A stretch of 62,996 bases of DNA, the filler included, from Basidiobolus ranarum (Eukaryota): the NCBI GenBank assembly GCA_040143965.1. It is 26 parts of 26 records of this genome, joined end to end, with 100 filler letters (N's around TTAATTAATTAA, not from the genome) between each part and the next. Parts side by side here need not be neighbours in the genome. Positions count along the whole stretch, not along the records: positions 1 to 2,338 come from JASJQH010010333.1; positions 2,439 to 4,774 come from JASJQH010010335.1; positions 4,875 to 7,209 come from JASJQH010010336.1; positions 7,310 to 9,642 come from JASJQH010010337.1; positions 9,743 to 12,075 come from JASJQH010010338.1; 21 more parts are not named here. One strand, given 5' to 3'. How positions within the stretch are numbered: position 1 is the first letter of the stretch; every line of letters starts with the position of its first letter. Both the position numbers and the translations under genes were made by a program. Positions 1 through 10,849 of this stretch are shown here, one piece after another. The notes beneath the pieces are model-generated. The model did no database searches. It saw only the letters and a list, made by a program, of their open reading frames with translations, and was not told the DNA's origin.

Positions 1-2338
1 GAGTACTGAAACCAACTTGGAAAATGATACATTGGAAATAGATACTGGAATTAGGCCAAATTTGGAATCTGAAACTATCTATCAACATTATCCAAATTTA
101 GAAAATATCACATCTGGGACAAGGTCTAAAACATCATCCACCGATGAATATATGACAAAGCTCAAATCATTACCAATCCCTGTGGTGAATATTCCTAGCA
201 GAAAACCAACAAGCAATAATCCTGTCTCAAACTTCACTACGAGTACTGAAACCAAGGAGAACAAACTATTATATGATATTCTGGAATCAAGCAGCTATAC
301 GAGTAGTGAAACATTAGGCAGCACTGGAAATGCACCAATTTATACCAGAAAACCTGATAATTACTCTGAGGATACTGATAATTTGGAACCAGCTTCTGGA
401 AATCAGCATATTATCTCTGCCAATGAAAAATATGGTAATCAGAAAAAGGATATTTTTCCAGCCAATCAGGAATCAGGAAATTGGGCTCAGAAACAAGGCA
501 ATAATTTTCTGACCAATCACATACCTAAGAAATATCCTACTCTCAATTTGGCTGATATTGGATGCAATCAATTATTGGAAGTATGCAATCAATCACAACA
601 AGTATTCAATCAATCACAAAATTCAGGCAATCAGGTCTCAGAAATCCTACCGAGTGGAAATCAGAAACATCCTCTAAGTGAAACATCTGACCATTCTACC
701 GAGGACTTTGGATGTCTCAAATCAGAGCATAAAATCAACAGTTTCAATTCAGAAAAAGGGTGGAATATATCTGCACATATAGCATTTTCTGAACCAGAAA
801 ATTTGACACAAGCTCTGAAATCTGATGAAGCAACAGAATGGAGAAAAGCCACTGATGATGAAATTCACTCCCTAATCAAGAATAACACATGGATCCTTGT
901 GGACTTACCTACTGGAAGAAAAACTATTGGTAATAGATGGGTGCTGAAACTGAAACTTAACTCAGATGGATCTATCAACCAGTACAAAGCAAGATTAGTA
1001 GTAAAAGGCTATGCTTAGAAACATGGCATTAACTATGATGCAACATTTTCTCCCATTGCTAAGTTTATCTCAATCAGAGTAATCCTTGCCATTCCTACCC
1101 ACCAAGGAATGCTGATTGAACAAATGGATGTCAAGATAGCATTTCTTAATGGAGAAAGTGATGAAGATATATACATGGATCAACCAGAGGGATGTATTGC
1201 ATAAGGAAAAGAAAATCAAGTATGCAAACTACAGAGAAGTCTATATGATCTGAAACAGGCTCCTCATGCATGGAATACCAAAATCAATCAGATCTTGATA
1301 AACATCTTTTCCATTGTAGCAAACCTGATCACTGCATATACTTCAAGACTATCAAAGCCACCAAAGTGATAATTGCTCTCTATGTTGATGATATTGTAAT
1401 AGTTGGTAATTGCTCAAATCTGATGAAACAAACTAAGACCTGGCTATATACTAGGTTTGAAATGCAAGATCTTGGATCACTAGCATATTGTCTTGGAATG
1501 CAGATACATCAAAATTCCACTATTGGAACACTCTGTATCACACAAGAAAAATATATTGGAGATGTTTAAACAGATTCAATATGTCAGAATGTAAAGCAGC
1601 TTCAAATCCACTACGTATGCTGAAATTCACTATGAATATTGAACCAAAGACCTCTGACAATATTGAAATCATGAAACTTATTCCTTACCATAGTGCAGTT
1701 GGAAGTCTCATATATGCAACAACTGGTACTAGGCCTGATATTGCTACAGCAGTAAGCATAGTAAGCAAACATATGAAAATCCTGCAATGGAACATTGGAT
1801 AGCTGTGAAACAGATAATATGCTATCTGAAAGGAACAGTATATGATGCAATTCAATTTAGTAAGCAGTACAACCTGTCACTTATTTTGGAAGGATATGCT
1901 GATGCAGACTGGGCTAACAATACAGAAGACAGTAAATCCAATACTGGATATGTGTTTAACCTAGCAGGTGGGCCAATAAGCTGGATTAGCAAGAAACAAC
2001 AAACTGTTGCATGATCAACTACAGAAGCAAAATATATGGCAAGCACTAGGGCTGTTCAAGAAGCTATATGGCTAAGGAGTCTTCTCAAGGAACTAGAATA
2101 TGATCAAGTTAATCCTACCCCAATATATCAAGATAATATTAGTTGTATTCAGAACACCAAGAATCCGGAGCATAACTCAAGAATGAAACATATTGACATA
2201 AGACATCATTTTATGCAAGAGAAAGTTCAAGACAAAGAAGTGAACTTTATTTATTGTAATACTGAAAACCTGCTTGCAGATATACTAACAAAACCACTCA
2301 AAACTTCAAGCTTTGAGAAGTTAAGAGCAGGAATAGGC
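1..2338 (+). mobile_element. Ty1/copia pol remnant (IN-RT linker, RT, RNase H), decayed
   Basis: RVT_2 motifs NNTWILVDLP/YKARLVVKGY, ALYVDDI, TRPDI; RNase H GYADADWA, KHIDIRHHF, LADILTKPL; several stops and frameshifts. Confidence 0.97.
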
Positions 2339-2438
2339 NNNNNNNNNNNNNNNNNNNNNNNNNNNNNNNNNNNNNNNNNNNNTTAATTAATTAANNNNNN
2401 NNNNNNNNNNNNNNNNNNNNNNNNNNNNNNNNNNNNNN
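2339..2438. other. Artificial contig linker N44-TTAATTAATTAA-N44 (first of 25)
   Basis: Identical 100-bp spacer with stops in all six frames, starting at 2339, 4775, 7210, 9643, 12076, 14509, 16940, 19370, 21798, 24225, 26652, 29079, 31505, 33931, 36357, 38782, 41206, 43630, 46054, 48477, 50899, 53320, 55741, 58160, 60579; the segments between them never increase in length (2338 to 2318 bp). Confidence 0.99.
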
Positions 2439-3525
2439 AGGCCAATAGTTGCACAAAGCCAGGAGAATATTAACAGCAATAAGTGCACAGAACTGACTTT
2501 AGTTTTGCTCACCAAATCCACTGGCTGTGCTTAGCCTCAAAGTTGTGGTAACACTGCTAAAAGTCAAAATTCCATGAAGTAACCACAGTTATGTGACCAT
2601 AATGATGTAGGTAGAAATGCAACTTTGGTCAAACCAGTAAGTCCAGACAACTTAGTGGACATGCTGCTTGATATTGACCTTGGTTATTCCAGTACCAATG
2701 GTAGTATATCCAAAGTTGAAGAAGATGATGATGGTTTTGTTGCAAACTCTTTGTTATTGGCAAGCATTAGTCTACTCCTAACAATTACAGTAGAGGAAGC
2801 ACATTTGCTTATTGAGGAGTGGAGAGTTCAATCCAATCTTACAACCAGGTGTTTGGTGGTTTTCTTACACTTTTATTACAATTGATTGGCAGCTATTGCT
2901 TGCCACAGACCTGGTACAAGTGGAAAATACTTGTCCATTGTATGACTCAGAATCCTTCAGTAATTGAACCACCTTCATGTCCAAAAGGTTGTTTGGCTTT
3001 CACCAGTGATCTGAAAAACCTGAAGTCATGTACTGTTTGTACACAATTGGCAATTACTGAATCAGGTAAATACCATTCATATTTTGCTTAGATACTGTAA
3101 ATTTTGCATCTTAAAGCTTTGATGAAATCACCCAAATGTAGTTTATTGATCCAATACCAAAGTACTCACCATAAAGCTGGTGGTATTACCAATATACTTG
3201 ATGGATGCCACTACAAGAATCTGAAATGTCAAGGTTTCTTTGAGAACACATATAATCATGCATTTGCATTGGCTATGTATGGTTTCTCACCAAACCAATA
3301 TACCATTGGAAAGGCTAGCAGTCCAACAATTTTAATTAACTTAAATCTTCCTCCTTCTGAATGGTATAAGAGTCATAATACTTTCATACTATCCATCATA
3401 TGTGGACCTAAATCACAAGTGCTGATTGATAGCTTCTTGGAGCCTTTGATTGTGGAATTTGATTGGTTTTCTAATGGAGTTCAGATGGGTGAAAATTTAT
3501 TAAAGCTAATATTGTTGTATTTATA
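2439..3525 (+). mobile_element. CMC/EnSpm (CACTA-like) Tnp2 transposase, N-terminal half, decayed
   Basis: CPxGC..CTVC motif, ILDG.HY..L..QGFF, LINLNLPP.E, GPKS..LIDSFLEPL, typical of Transposase_21/Tnp2. Confidence 0.9.
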
Positions 3526-3527
3526 AA

Positions 3528-3762
3528 TGTGAAAATGTAGGCTGTTTTGAGGAACTTAAGAAAAGTGGAGTTGTGTATAGCTTTTGTGAGATTTTTATTT
3601 ATTGTCCAGAAATAAAGCATTTATACCTTTTGGTGGAAATACAGAAAACTAACACTGGGGTTGTGTTCAGAACATCTGGGAGAGTAAAATGGGCTTTTTT
3701 GGGGCATTTTGGATAAATTTGTAATTTCCAATATGGAATTGCTAATTCTCATGTTATTCACA
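3528..3762. repeat. LTR-like segment (TGTGAA...TTCACA, 235 bp)
   Basis: Inverted TG..CA termini between CMC and copia fragments; single copy here, no clear TSD. Confidence 0.5.
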
Positions 3763-3789
3763 TATATATATGATATATGTTCCAATTTG

Positions 3790-4774
3790 CAGTTTAGTGA
3801 TATAAAACATATTTTGAGCCATATTTGGCTTTTTTCATCATTTTTGATGGGATTTTTGACTAGTGTCACACCTGGATCCATGGGAGTTGCTACTGGCTTA
3901 CAACTCTCCATCCTGTAATATCTGAGAGTGTTTGAGATGTACTTAAATTGATTCAGAGTAATAGATTTGCTCAATATATATGTATGGATGCTCAGGCCCA
4001 AAAAATATGTAAGTTAATGTAAATCAGTCAACTTGAATTGAATTGATACATCTCTTTTGGTGTTCCTGGGAGCTTCATCATTATTGGTAGCTATAATCAG
4101 ATCTTCTACATATAAGGCAAGTATTACCTTATTGTCCTTATCTGTCTTGAAGTAGATCCCAAAATCTACCATACTTTTTTGGAAATCAAGTGATTCCAAG
4201 TATGTGTTGATCTTAGTGCACCAGGCCCTGGGTGATTGTTTAAGCCCATAGAGTAATTTTTGTAGCTTACACGCATCATCAGGGTGCTCAGGATCCACAA
4301 AACCATCTGGTTGATCAATGAATATTTCCTCTTTGAAGTCCCCACCCAAAAAAGCAGTCTTGACATCAATTTAATGGATTTTTAAGCTGTGTTTTGCTAC
4401 TACTGCTGATACAGTACTGATGGAGTTAAACTTTGCTACAGGAGCAAATGCTTCATTGTAGTCCACTCCTTCAGTTTGAGCAAATCTTGTGGCCACAAGT
4501 TTAGCTTTATATCTTTCTACAGATCCATTAGCTTGCTGTTTAACTCTAAACACCCATTTGTATCTAAATGCTTTTTGGTCATCAGGTAACTTAAGCAAAG
4601 TCCAAGTTGGTTAACTATTAGTGACTGATACTCCTCTGGCATTGCAGCACTCCAAAACTTTGTGTTGGGACTCTCCACAGCCTCCTGTACTGATTTGGGT
4701 TCATAAGAAAGTGCTAAATTAGCACTACAGCTTCTGGTACCAATTTAGGCAATGAAACCACCTCAGACTTGGTT
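3790..4774 (-). mobile_element. Ty1/copia RT remnant
   Basis: [50 protein letters not shown]. Confidence 0.95.
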
Positions 4775-4874
4775 NNNNNNNNNNNNNNNNNNNNNNNNNN
4801 NNNNNNNNNNNNNNNNNNTTAATTAATTAANNNNNNNNNNNNNNNNNNNNNNNNNNNNNNNNNNNNNNNNNNNN

Positions 4875-6283
4875 GAGATTGGATCAAAGTTTGAATCAAT
4901 TGGGAAAATGCTTGAAAATGTCAAGATACCATCATATTTTACCAGGACTCCCATCAATATCCACTAATCTAGGCGTTTATTCAAATGCAAAGACTGGAAG
5001 AATTGGATTTGTATATATTCAAGTGGAATCTGGAAAAGATTTCTGCCTGATAAGTATTGGCAACATTGGGAGTTGTTTGTCAATATTGTTAATACATTCT
5101 TACGGCATCAACTCACATTGGCAGATCTCAAGCAGATACAGTGACTGAGCAAAGATTTTGCAATTGGATATGAAAAACTTTATTACAGGTTTAAAGAAGA
5201 TATACTGAATCTATGCCAGTATTCAATACATTCTCTGCTACATCCATCACAATGCTTAGAGATTATAGGCCCTTGTTATACATTCTGGGAGTTCCCAATG
5301 GAGTGCACTGGCGGTGAAATGATGATCCGTGTGAAATTGTCAGTATTACTGTATGCTAATCTGATTAACCATGTATCAGCAAAATCAGTGATGGATGTAA
5401 TGCAATGTGTAAGGCAGACTCTAGAGTATATTAACCTGCCAACAAAGTGCTCTTTTCAATGTGCTCATGGGTTTTTGCATTGTTTGAGCACAATAACAGC
5501 AACAAAGTCCAATCCATGGACACAGAGTAAGTACCGCTATAATCAGACTAATTTACTTGAATGATAATCTGACGGCATTTTTAGGAAAGCTGCAAGACAG
5601 ACTTCTTGGTGAGATAGATCAAGATATGCAGTACTATTGTTTTAGCCATGATGTAATTTATTACAGCAATGACACATCTACTTGTGGCAGGACATTTGTT
5701 GACTGCAGGTTGGGGATATATTGGCCAAAGTCTTTACGGAAATTTGCCAAAATCCAAGAGCTTACTCTCATTGTAAATGGTAGCAAGAGTCAGCTCTTTG
5801 CCAATTGTCAGTGCTATTCAAAATTTCAGATGTTTAGCAATTTATCTACTATTAGTTTGCTGGTACAGCATATTGATGTTGTTGAGTTATGTCTAATCAG
5901 TCAAGTATGTGCATATGCAGAGACTAAACACAACAAGATTCTTGTATTTTTTGATACTCAATATGGCTGGAATACAAAGCCTAAAATATCTAAATAAAGG
6001 CATGCATATTGATTCAAATTCCTCCAGCAGTAAACCCAGTAATTAGTCATTTGAATATTTATATTTGCAAAAACTGCCAAATATTGAATAATGTATGTCA
6101 AATTTGAGGATCAATATTTTAACATGTATGAATACCATCAAAATACTGTTAAGAAACCACCATCACACCATCAAAATCCCTGGCAGAATGCAAGCCACCA
6201 ATAGTGCAACAGTTCTCTGATGGTTTTGCAATCTGGAAGGATGGATTGGATCTGGATTGAATAAAATTTTATTTTTGTCTGGG
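4875..6283 (+). mobile_element. CMC transposon 3' half: transposase C-terminus plus right end
   Basis: KCKDW..WI, YEKLYYRF, SIHSLLH, FWEFPME (DUF4218-like); ORF ends KPKISK* at 5997; element ends ATTTTTGTCTGGG at 6283 (degenerate right TIR). Confidence 0.9.
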
Positions 6284-6608
6284 AAAGTAGAAGGTCCAGG
6301 AAATCTTGTGGTATGCCTTTGCTGTTGTTGTGTGGTAGTATGCATTAGGCTAGTATCCCAGTTGGGTGGCTAGATTGTTGGAGCTGACTCTCCTCCATAT
6401 TTAAATAGCCCGCTAGATGGTGTGGTCAAATTAGTCAAAGTGCATAAAATGAAGCATTGATTAACTGCTTGCACTTTGTGTAAAATATCCCAAACATCTC
6501 AAATGCTATCATCCTGGGACTGCTGTCAATGTGTACTACCAGCTGCTGAGCCAAGTTGTTGGGCTCCTGCCCTTCTTGGCAGTGTTGCCTCAGTTGTAGT
6601 GGTGAGTT

Positions 6609-6806
6609 TGTTGAAATAAGCATTGCCTAAACATCTATACAGTCATATATAGCTTAGCACTTAGCTATCCTATATCTTACTGAGATACTTCCCATGATTA
6701 TCAATTGGAGTTTACACTGATGTTTTACTAACTTAGAAGTTTTTCAATATAAAGATTTTTCCAACCTGAGTCAGAAGCCCCAAACTTTGCACGCATGTTA
6801 TGGGGT
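6609..6806 (+). repeat. Copia LTR family A, truncated by a CMC right end
   Basis: TGTTGAAAT.AGCATTGCCTAA start; homologous to about a dozen other copies in the window. Confidence 0.9.
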
Positions 6807-7209
6807 CCCTAACAAAAATAAAATCAATTTGATCTGGATTGGATCCACCCTCCAAAATAGCAAAACCATCAGAGAACCATCATAATATTGTTGGCTTGCA
6901 TTCTGCCAGGGATTTTGATGGTGTAATGGTGGTTTCTTGGCAGTAACTTAACAGTATTCATATATGTTAAAATATTGATCCTCAAATTTGGCATGCATTA
7001 TTCAATATCCAGCAATTTTTGCAAAAATATAATTTTCAAATGGCAAATTACTGTGTTTACTGCTGTAGGAATTTGAATTAATATGCATGCCTTTATTCAG
7101 ATATTTTAGGCTTTGTATTCCAGCCATAATGAGAATCAAAAAATACAAGAATCTTGTTGTGTTTAGTCTCTACATATGCACATATTTGACTGATTAGACA
7201 TAACTCAAC
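6807..7209 (-). mobile_element. CMC transposon right end (TIR CCCTAACAAAAATAAAATC)
   Basis: Same terminus at 6283, 38299, 45601, 54064, 57419, 61461, 61811, 62893, each with a different flank. Confidence 0.9.
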
Positions 7210-7309
7210 NNNNNNNNNNNNNNNNNNNNNNNNNNNNNNNNNNNNNNNNNNNNTTAATTAATTAANNNNNNNNNNNNNNNNNNNNNNNNNNNNNNNNNNN
7301 NNNNNNNNN

Positions 7310-7492
7310 CTTGGTAGGAATAGGCCAGTCACCTTCAGCGGCGTGGAGATCAGTGTGGCAAACACCGGTGTATTCAATCTTGACGAGAACATCATCAGGT
7401 CCAGGAGTAGGGACGGAGATAGTCTTGATCTCAACGGGTTTCTCGTGAGATTCAATGACGGCAGCCTTTTGAGTCTTAGGAATTTGGCACAT
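7310..7492 (-). CDS. ADH1: Zn-dependent alcohol dehydrogenase (yeast ADH1-like), 5' fragment
   Basis: MCQIPKTQKAAV..VPTPGPDDVLVKIEYTGVCHTDLHAAEGDWP contains the GVCHTDLH catalytic Zn motif; truncated by the contig end; CpG-rich. Confidence 0.95.
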
Positions 7493-7977
7493 TTTGAATG
7501 AAGTGATTTATTACGTTTCACTGGCACCTCTTTTTATATTCATCAGAGAGGTTTTCAAGTACCTATATCTGGATCGCCTTTCTGGATATACTCTCACCTA
7601 TTATAGTGATATACTTAATAGTGACATTGACTTGATACTGGAAAATCCGCATTTAGACAGACACCTGCACACGAAGGTAAACATGTCTTTTTGATCATTA
7701 CATCGTTACTTGATTCGAATCTGGATCGTTCTCGCCTATCAACTCAGCAATCTCAATCACGAACAATGCCGAAGTAATCTTGGAACAGCCAAACAATTAA
7801 TTCCAACTCAACATTGATTAATTATTTTTGATCAATATTCTTGATTAATAAAAATAATAAAACTCAGCAAAATTTTTCAATTCTCATAAGATTTTTCATC
7901 CATGACTGATAAAATATTCGATTCATGTGCATTAGTGCTTTTCCCTATAACAGTCCACTATTTTCCACTTCTAGACT

Positions 7978-8865
7978 ATGTTTTTACTACGCTTGAATAG
8001 ACTTCAGCCTACTTTGGGTGTACAGTTACCAAGATCCTTATTGTCGAAATGCAAGTTCTCCACTTCCATCAAACCTTTACAATTTCAGCATACGAAGATT
8101 TTGCAACAACTGAAAGAAGTCAATGCCTTGCAAAACGCTGAACCTGCTCCAGCCAAGTTCACACCACTAAAGCAGGAACCTGCCCCCATTCCTGTCAAGA
8201 AGCATTTAGCACTAAAAAAAGTATATCTCAAACCTTGTTATGGCACAGGAAGACTAGGTGATACTGAGGTATACGTGTTGAAAGATCCATTTGAGGTGGA
8301 TTCTGGTATTAAGCACTTGTTGAGTAGCATCAAGCTGGAAAAAGGCCATGAGTTGAAGTGTGTCGGTTTCGATACGGAAACTACCGTCAAGTTCCACCAA
8401 CCCCGTCAAAAAGTTTCCACCATTCAACTTGGAAACGACGATGTTTGCTTGATTATTCAAATATCTAGAATGCTTAGAAAAGGACATCCATTCCCCATGT
8501 CCTTGAAAGAAATATTACAAAACCCTGATATCCTTAAGGTGGGAGTGGCTGCTACCGGAGATGGAAAACATCTACAAGAATCTTATGGAGTTGAGACGAA
8601 TGGCATCGTAGATCTTGAAAACATTGCCAAGAAGCTTAACGAAGATGGATTATCGCTAGCAAAATTGGCATCGAAATATGCGGATGGATTAGAATTAGTA
8701 AAGAACAAGAAGAAGATGTTACGTTGGAGGTGGGAGGAGACTCTTGATCACGAGCGTATCATGTATGCTGCACAAGATGCTGTATCTGGCTACCGAATTT
8801 ACAAAAACTTACTCATCAAGCAGAAGGAAGTGAAAAATTCTACAACTTCTTGTAATACCCAATAG
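7978..8865 (+). CDS. DEDDy 3'-5' exonuclease, WRN-exo/EXD2-like, with putative mitochondrial presequence (295 aa, intronless)
   Basis: ExoI VGFDTE, VSTIQL, L.NPDILKVGV..ExoII D, ExoIII YAAQDA; N-terminus rich in R/L/S with no acidic residues for about 45 aa. Confidence 0.92.
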   Translation: MFLLRLNRLQPTLGVQLPRSLLSKCKFSTSIKPLQFQHTKILQQLKEVNALQNAEPAPAKFTPLKQEPAPIPVKKHLALKKVYLKPCYGTGRLGDTEVYVLKDPFEVDSGIKHLLSSIKLEKGHELKCVGFDTETTVKFHQPRQKVSTIQLGNDDVCLIIQISRMLRKGHPFPMSLKEILQNPDILKVGVAATGDGKHLQESYGVETNGIVDLENIAKKLNEDGLSLAKLASKYADGLELVKNKKKMLRWRWEETLDHERIMYAAQDAVSGYRIYKNLLIKQKEVKNSTTSCNTQ

Positions 8866-9122
8866 ATTGCATCACCTAGATCTCCCTTCATTTCATAATA
8901 AACTCTTGTCTGCATTAATAGCTATCATGAATTGCTGCACTTTCTTCAGCCTATTCCTCATTACCAAAATGTCAAAAAAAACCTGTCAAAAAACTTGTAA
9001 TGTGCTGCAGATTTTCATGGACATAATATACCACAGTCTTCCTACTAAATATAGAAAATTAGATAGCACATTATTAGTTATTTTGTATGCTTCACCAATG
9101 GAATTTGTGGGAATTGGTTTGT

Positions 9123-9642
9123 TGTTGAAATCAGCATTGCCTAAGCACCTATATAGTCATATATAGCTTAGTATTTAGTTATCCTATATTGAACTAAGAT
9201 ATCACCCATTATTCTCATGAGGAATTGTTTAAATTAGCATTGCATAAACATCTATATAGTCATATATGGCTTAGTACTTAGTTATCTTATACTTCACTAA
9301 GATATTACCCATTATTCTCATGAGGAATTTACTTGGAATATTTTTACCAACTGAGAAGATATAGATATATAGTTTTTCAAACTTGTGCTAGAAGCCCAAA
9401 ACCTTGCACATATGTTCCTGGGCCCTTCCTGAACATATTTTCAACATTAGTTTGTTTACATCTTGACAAAAGTATAAATGTCAACTTTCTACTCAGTAAA
9501 TCAATAAGTGAAAACCACCAATTTCTCTAATTCTCTAAACCACTTCTAATAGGCTCCTAAATACTTTAACAACTTATGAGCCCTAAGCTTGCACTCTCTG
9601 TAATGTTTACTTCTCAAATTTCTGGAACTTCTCCCTCCTCTC
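9123..9642 (+). mobile_element. LTR-A nested in LTR-A (9123-9225; 9226-9571), PBS and gag start
   Basis: Second TGTT.AAATTAGC at 9226 ending TTTAACA at 9571; PBS (AC)TTATGAGCCC at 9572-9583; leader matches the one before gag at 34620. Confidence 0.88.
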
Positions 9643-10383
9643 NNNNNNNNNNNNNNNNNNNNNNNNNNNNNNNNNNNNNNNNNNNNTTAATTAATTAANN
9701 NNNNNNNNNNNNNNNNNNNNNNNNNNNNNNNNNNNNNNNNNNCTGAATTATCTCAGAACTTTTGGATCAATAATATATGCTTATATTCCTAAACCTCAGC
9801 ATAGGAAATAGGACAAAAAGGCAATTAAATGTATCCTATTAGGATAACAGAACAAAGGCTACTATCTCCTAATTGCTGGCACAAATTAAATCATCAACTC
9901 CAGAGACACTATATTAATTGAAGTAAATCTCAAATAGTTTAACCAAGGGAATTTGATTTTGGCTGAAAATCAATTTCTCAATAACTCAAATTCTGAGTCA
10001 ACAAGTTCTGAAACCAATCTTGAGCTAATGAGTATTGAAAACAACTTAGAAAATAATACATTGGAAATAGATACTAGAATTAGGCCAAATATGTAATCTG
10101 AAACTATCTATCAACATTGTCCAAATTTAGGAAATATCACATCTGGAAAAGGTCCAAAACATCAGCCACTGATGAATATATGACAAAGCTCAAATCATTA
10201 CAAATCCCTGTGATGATTATTCCTAGCAGAAAAACAAGAAGCAATAATCCTGTCTCAAACTGTACTACAAGCACTGAAACCAAACAGAACAAACTACTAA
10301 ATGATATTCTGGAATTAAGTAGCTATACAAGTGCTAAACATTAGGCAGCACTGGAAATGTACCAATTCATACCAGAAAACCTG

Positions 10384-10516
10384 TATATATGTTAGTTTGT
10401 TTACATCTTGACAAAACTATAAAGGTCAACTTTCTACTCAATAAATCAGTAAGTGAAAACCACCAACTCCACTAATTCTGCAAACCACTTCCAACAGGCT
10501 TACAAATACTTTAACA
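10384..10516 (+). repeat. 3' (R/U5) part of copia LTR-A
   Basis: Matches the last ~130 bp of LTR-A and ends TTTAACA. Confidence 0.9.
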
Positions 10517-10567
10517 GGTTATGAGCCCTGGTTAGTGCTAAATCCGGAAATCCTGCTTGAGGAGAAA
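10517..10567 (+). promoter_or_regulatory. 51-bp TRIM internal region: PBS GGTTATGAGCCC and PPT GAGGAGAAA
   Basis: PBS of the copia half-tRNAiMet type directly after an LTR end; purine tract directly before the next TG. Confidence 0.8.
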
Positions 10568-10849
10568 TGTTGAAAGTCTGGTGACTTGTGGTACAAGCAG
10601 TAATTCCCAAAGAGGAAAATATGGAGTATGGTGACTGCATCTGAATACAAAGTCTAAGGCCAATCAGTTGCTTATATAGCTGCAATGCCAAAGTACCATA
10701 CATTATCACACTAGGTTAAGGTTCCCTAGCAATATAGGCATAGTATACAATGACTGGTAGCTCACTGGTTAGAACACCTTGCTAGAGTGAAGGAGGTCCC
10801 AGGTTCAAATCCTGGCCAGACCAATATTTCTCCCTAAATAATTTCAATA
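10568..10849 (+). mobile_element. tRNA-containing LTR (282 bp, TGTTGAAA...TTTCAATA), TRIM/Helenus-like
   Basis: Inverted termini (one C>T change); second independent copy at 16756-16939. Confidence 0.85.
10751..10823 (+). tRNA. tRNA-derived sequence inside an LTR (73 nt; anticodon loop CT-AGA-GT, short variable arm; isotype uncertain, probably not a functional tRNA)
   Basis: Acceptor TGACTGG/CCAGACC, D arm GCTC-ACTGGTTA-GAAC, anticodon stem CCTTG/GAAGG, variable AGGTC, T arm CCAGG-TTCAAAT-CCTGG; A box TAGCTCACTGG and B box GGTTCAAATCC. Confidence 0.85.

Noticed and set aside
6807-6813. CMC TIR begins with the telomere hexamer CCCTAA
   Set aside because: Single unit that fits the ordinary CMC terminal consensus (CAC/CCC-TA); no repeat expansion at any terminus
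10751-10823. Functional tRNA-Ser(AGA) gene
   Set aside because: No long variable arm, mismatches in the acceptor, D and anticodon stems, no T4 terminator, and it lies inside a repeated LTR
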